In this document: positions 62,026 to 64,000 of the stretch, one piece after another
Layout of the letters: each line of letters opens with the position of its first letter
How positions within the stretch are numbered: position 1 is the first letter of the stretch
Assembly (NCBI GenBank): GCA_963836755.1
Contig: CAWIKF010000001.1
Coordinates: forward strand, 320,001 to 384,000
Reading direction: 5' to 3'
Length of the DNA stretch: 64,000 bases
Origin: an uncultured Verrucomicrobiae bacterium
GTDB lineage: Bacteria; Verrucomicrobiota; Verrucomicrobiia; Chthoniobacterales; Chthoniobacteraceae
The notes under the pieces: model-generated
Databases searched by the model: none
The model's input: only the letters and a program-made list of their open reading frames with translations
Told to the model about the DNA's origin: nothing
Made by a program: the position numbers and the translations under genes

Positions 62026-63216
62026 TCAGCGCCGCCGCCGTCCGCCCGCGCGCCGGGGCGCAGGTTTCGCGGCGCCGCCGTCAAACAGCGCGGTGTAGAG
62101 ATAATTGAAGCCGTCGAGTTTGATCCGCGGAATTTTTTGCGCGATGAAATGCTCGATGGCGCGGACGTGATCGACGTCTTCGCCCGTGAAAAGCGTGAAG
62201 GCGTCGCCAACATTTTGCGCGCGCCCGGTGCGGCCGATGCGGTGGACGTAGTCCTCGGGATGCTGCGGCACGTCATAATTAATGACGTGGCTGACGCCCT
62301 GCACGTCGATGCCGCGCGCGGCGATGTCGGTCGCGACCATCACTTCGTATTTGCCGGACTTGAAACCCTCGAGCGCCTCGATCCGCTCGCGCTGAGTGCG
62401 GTTCGAATGAAGCACTGCGACGGCGTGGCGGGCTTCTTTTAGCTTCGCGGCGATTTTATCTGCGCCAAATTTTGTGCGACAAAAAATCAGCACGCTGTCG
62501 TAATTTGTTTTCGCGAGCAGCATCGCCAGCAGATCAAACTTCTGGTCCCGCGCCACCGGATACAACGCGTGCGTGATCGTCTCCGCCGGCGAGCGGCGCG
62601 CGCCGATCTCGATGATTTCCGGCTCGGGCTTGAGGATCCATTTCGTCAGCCGCTCGATTTCCGGCGGCAGCGTCGCGGAGAAAAATAACGTCTGCCGCTC
62701 TCTCGGGCAGCGCTCGACGATTTTCCGCACTTGCGGCAGGAAACCCATGTCGAGCATGCGATCGACTTCATCGAGGACGAGGATCTCGATGCCGCCGAGG
62801 TTCGCGAGTCCCTGCTCGATCAGGTCGATCAATCGGCCCGGCGTCGCGACGAGCACATCGACGCCTTGTTTTAGCATCTGTTTTTGATTGCCGAAACCGA
62901 CGCCGCCGTAAACGACACCGACCTGCATGTTTGAAAATCGCGCGTAATCGCGAAAGGCCGTCTCCACCTGCGCCGCGAGCTCGCGCGTCGGCTCGAGGAC
63001 GAGGCAGCGCATCCCGCCGTGTTTTTTCAAAAGCGTCAGGATCGGCAGCGCGAATGCCGCCGTCTTGCCCGTTCCCGTCTGCGCGGAGCCGATCAAATCT
63101 TTGCCCGCGAGGACGAGCGGAAAAGCGCGAAGCTGGATCGGCGTCGGATCCGAGTAACCCATCGATTGGACGCCCTGCAGAACTTCGTCCGATAAACCTA
63201 AATCTTTAAATGACAT
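62026..63216 (-). CDS. DEAD/DEAH-box RNA helicase (RhlE-like)
   Basis: ATG at 63216; Q motif, AQTGTGKT, PTRELA, TPGR, DEVD, SAT, ARGID, HRIGRTGR. Confidence 0.94.
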   Translation of the reverse strand: MSFKDLGLSDEVLQGVQSMGYSDPTPIQLRAFPLVLAGKDLIGSAQTGTGKTAAFALPILTLLKKHGGMRCLVLEPTRELAAQVETAFRDYARFSNMQVGVVYGGVGFGNQKQMLKQGVDVLVATPGRLIDLIEQGLANLGGIEILVLDEVDRMLDMGFLPQVRKIVERCPRERQTLFFSATLPPEIERLTKWILKPEPEIIEIGARRSPAETITHALYPVARDQKFDLLAMLLAKTNYDSVLIFCRTKFGADKIAAKLKEARHAVAVLHSNRTQRERIEALEGFKSGKYEVMVATDIAARGIDVQGVSHVINYDVPQHPEDYVHRIGRTGRAQNVGDAFTLFTGEDVDHVRAIEHFIAQKIPRIKLDGFNYLYTALFDGGAAKPAPRRAGGRRRR

Positions 63217-63347
63217 CCGGCACCGTAACGTGCTTGCGATGTGAAAAACAACTGTTTTCGGTTGCCTTGTGGCACGGGATATGTTCCCTTCCACCCGTTC
63301 GCACTCGGTCCCACGCGATCACTCACGAAACCAGCCTCAACTCACTC

Positions 63348-64000
63348 ATGATTTTTCGCATTCCATTCGCACGCATCAACTGGAAAACCAGCGCCTTCCT
63401 CATCGGCACACTCCTCCTCACACTCACCGCTGTTCCCGCCTACATCTGGCACTTCGGGCTCGACGCGTTCCAAATCGGCTTCTTCTTTTTCATGGTCTTC
63501 GCGACTGGGCTCAGCATCACGCTCGGCTACCATCGGCTTTTCTCGCACATTGCTTTCAAAGCCCACTGGCCGGTGAAATTGTTCGTGCTGGTTTTCGGCG
63601 CGGCCGCTTTTGAAAATTCCGCGCGCATGTGGTGCTCCGAGCATCGCCGCCATCACAAGCACGTCGATCACGAGGAGGACCCTTACGATATCTCGAAAGG
63701 ATTTTTCCACGCGCACATTGGCTGGCTCCTTTTCAAGCTCAAACCCGAGCCGCCGTTTGATAACATCGCCGATCTCGACCGCGACCCGCTCGTCCGCTGG
63801 CAGGACCGCTACATCTACATTCTAGGCTTCGTCGTCAGCTTCATTTTCCCCGCGCTGCTCGGCTGGGCGTGGAATGGCGCGCAAGGCGCACTCGGCGCAT
63901 TCCTGCTCGCCGGCGTCGCCCGCGTCGTCTGCGTGCAGCACAGCACATTTTTCATCAACTCCGCCTGCCACACCGTCGGCAGCCGCCCGTATTCCAGCCG
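63348..64000 (+). CDS. Delta-9 acyl-CoA/acyl-lipid fatty acid desaturase (partial, runs off window end)
   Basis: ATG at 63348, translated by hand: LGYHRLFSH, HRRHHKH His boxes, DPY, FFHAHIGW, TFFINSACH. Confidence 0.9.
   Translation, partial: MIFRIPFARINWKTSAFLIGTLLLTLTAVPAYIWHFGLDAFQIGFFFFMVFATGLSITLGYHRLFSHIAFKAHWPVKLFVLVFGAAAFENSARMWCSEHRRHHKHVDHEEDPYDISKGFFHAHIGWLLFKLKPEPPFDNIADLDRDPLVRWQDRYIYILGFVVSFIFPALLGWAWNGAQGALGAFLLAGVARVVCVQHSTFFINSACHTVGSRPYSS

Noticed and set aside
62750..62790. DEVD instead of DEAD in the helicase motif II
   Set aside because: A common DExD variant; all other helicase motifs are intact

Overview
GC-rich bacterial chromosome window made up mostly of core/housekeeping genes. 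Gene content and protein sequences suggest the PVC superphylum, probably Verrucomicrobia/Chthoniobacterales-like (inference, no search run). The centre holds tRNA-Thr-tuf-tRNA-Trp-secE-nusG-rplK-[O-methyltransferase]-rplA-rplJ-rplL-rpoB-rpoC, then pduO, rpsB-tsf and glnS. Flanking genes include purN, folP-cdaA-glmM-bioD, tyrS, recN, pckG, mazG, aroE, a PBP2, an ABC-F ATPase, an ECF sigma, mqnD, ispE, recO, a C-terminal protease, a DEAD-box helicase and a partial desaturase. I saw no CRISPR-Cas, transposase, integrase or prophage. Most unusual signals: (1) a non-coding array of about 12 palindromic 20-21 bp units with variable cores behind mazG; (2) a hidden 56-aa CdaR-like membrane anchor overprinted on the cdaA 3' end and the glmM start; (3) structured RNA candidates before tRNA-Thr, between rplJ and rplL and before rpoB, plus rplK and rplA split into separate units; (4) a GlnRS with a large insertion and no acceptor-stem wedge loop; (5) an M29 peptidase clustered with a stand-alone OvoA-type methyltransferase and a thiol methyltransferase. 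All family assignments come from motif recognition by eye.
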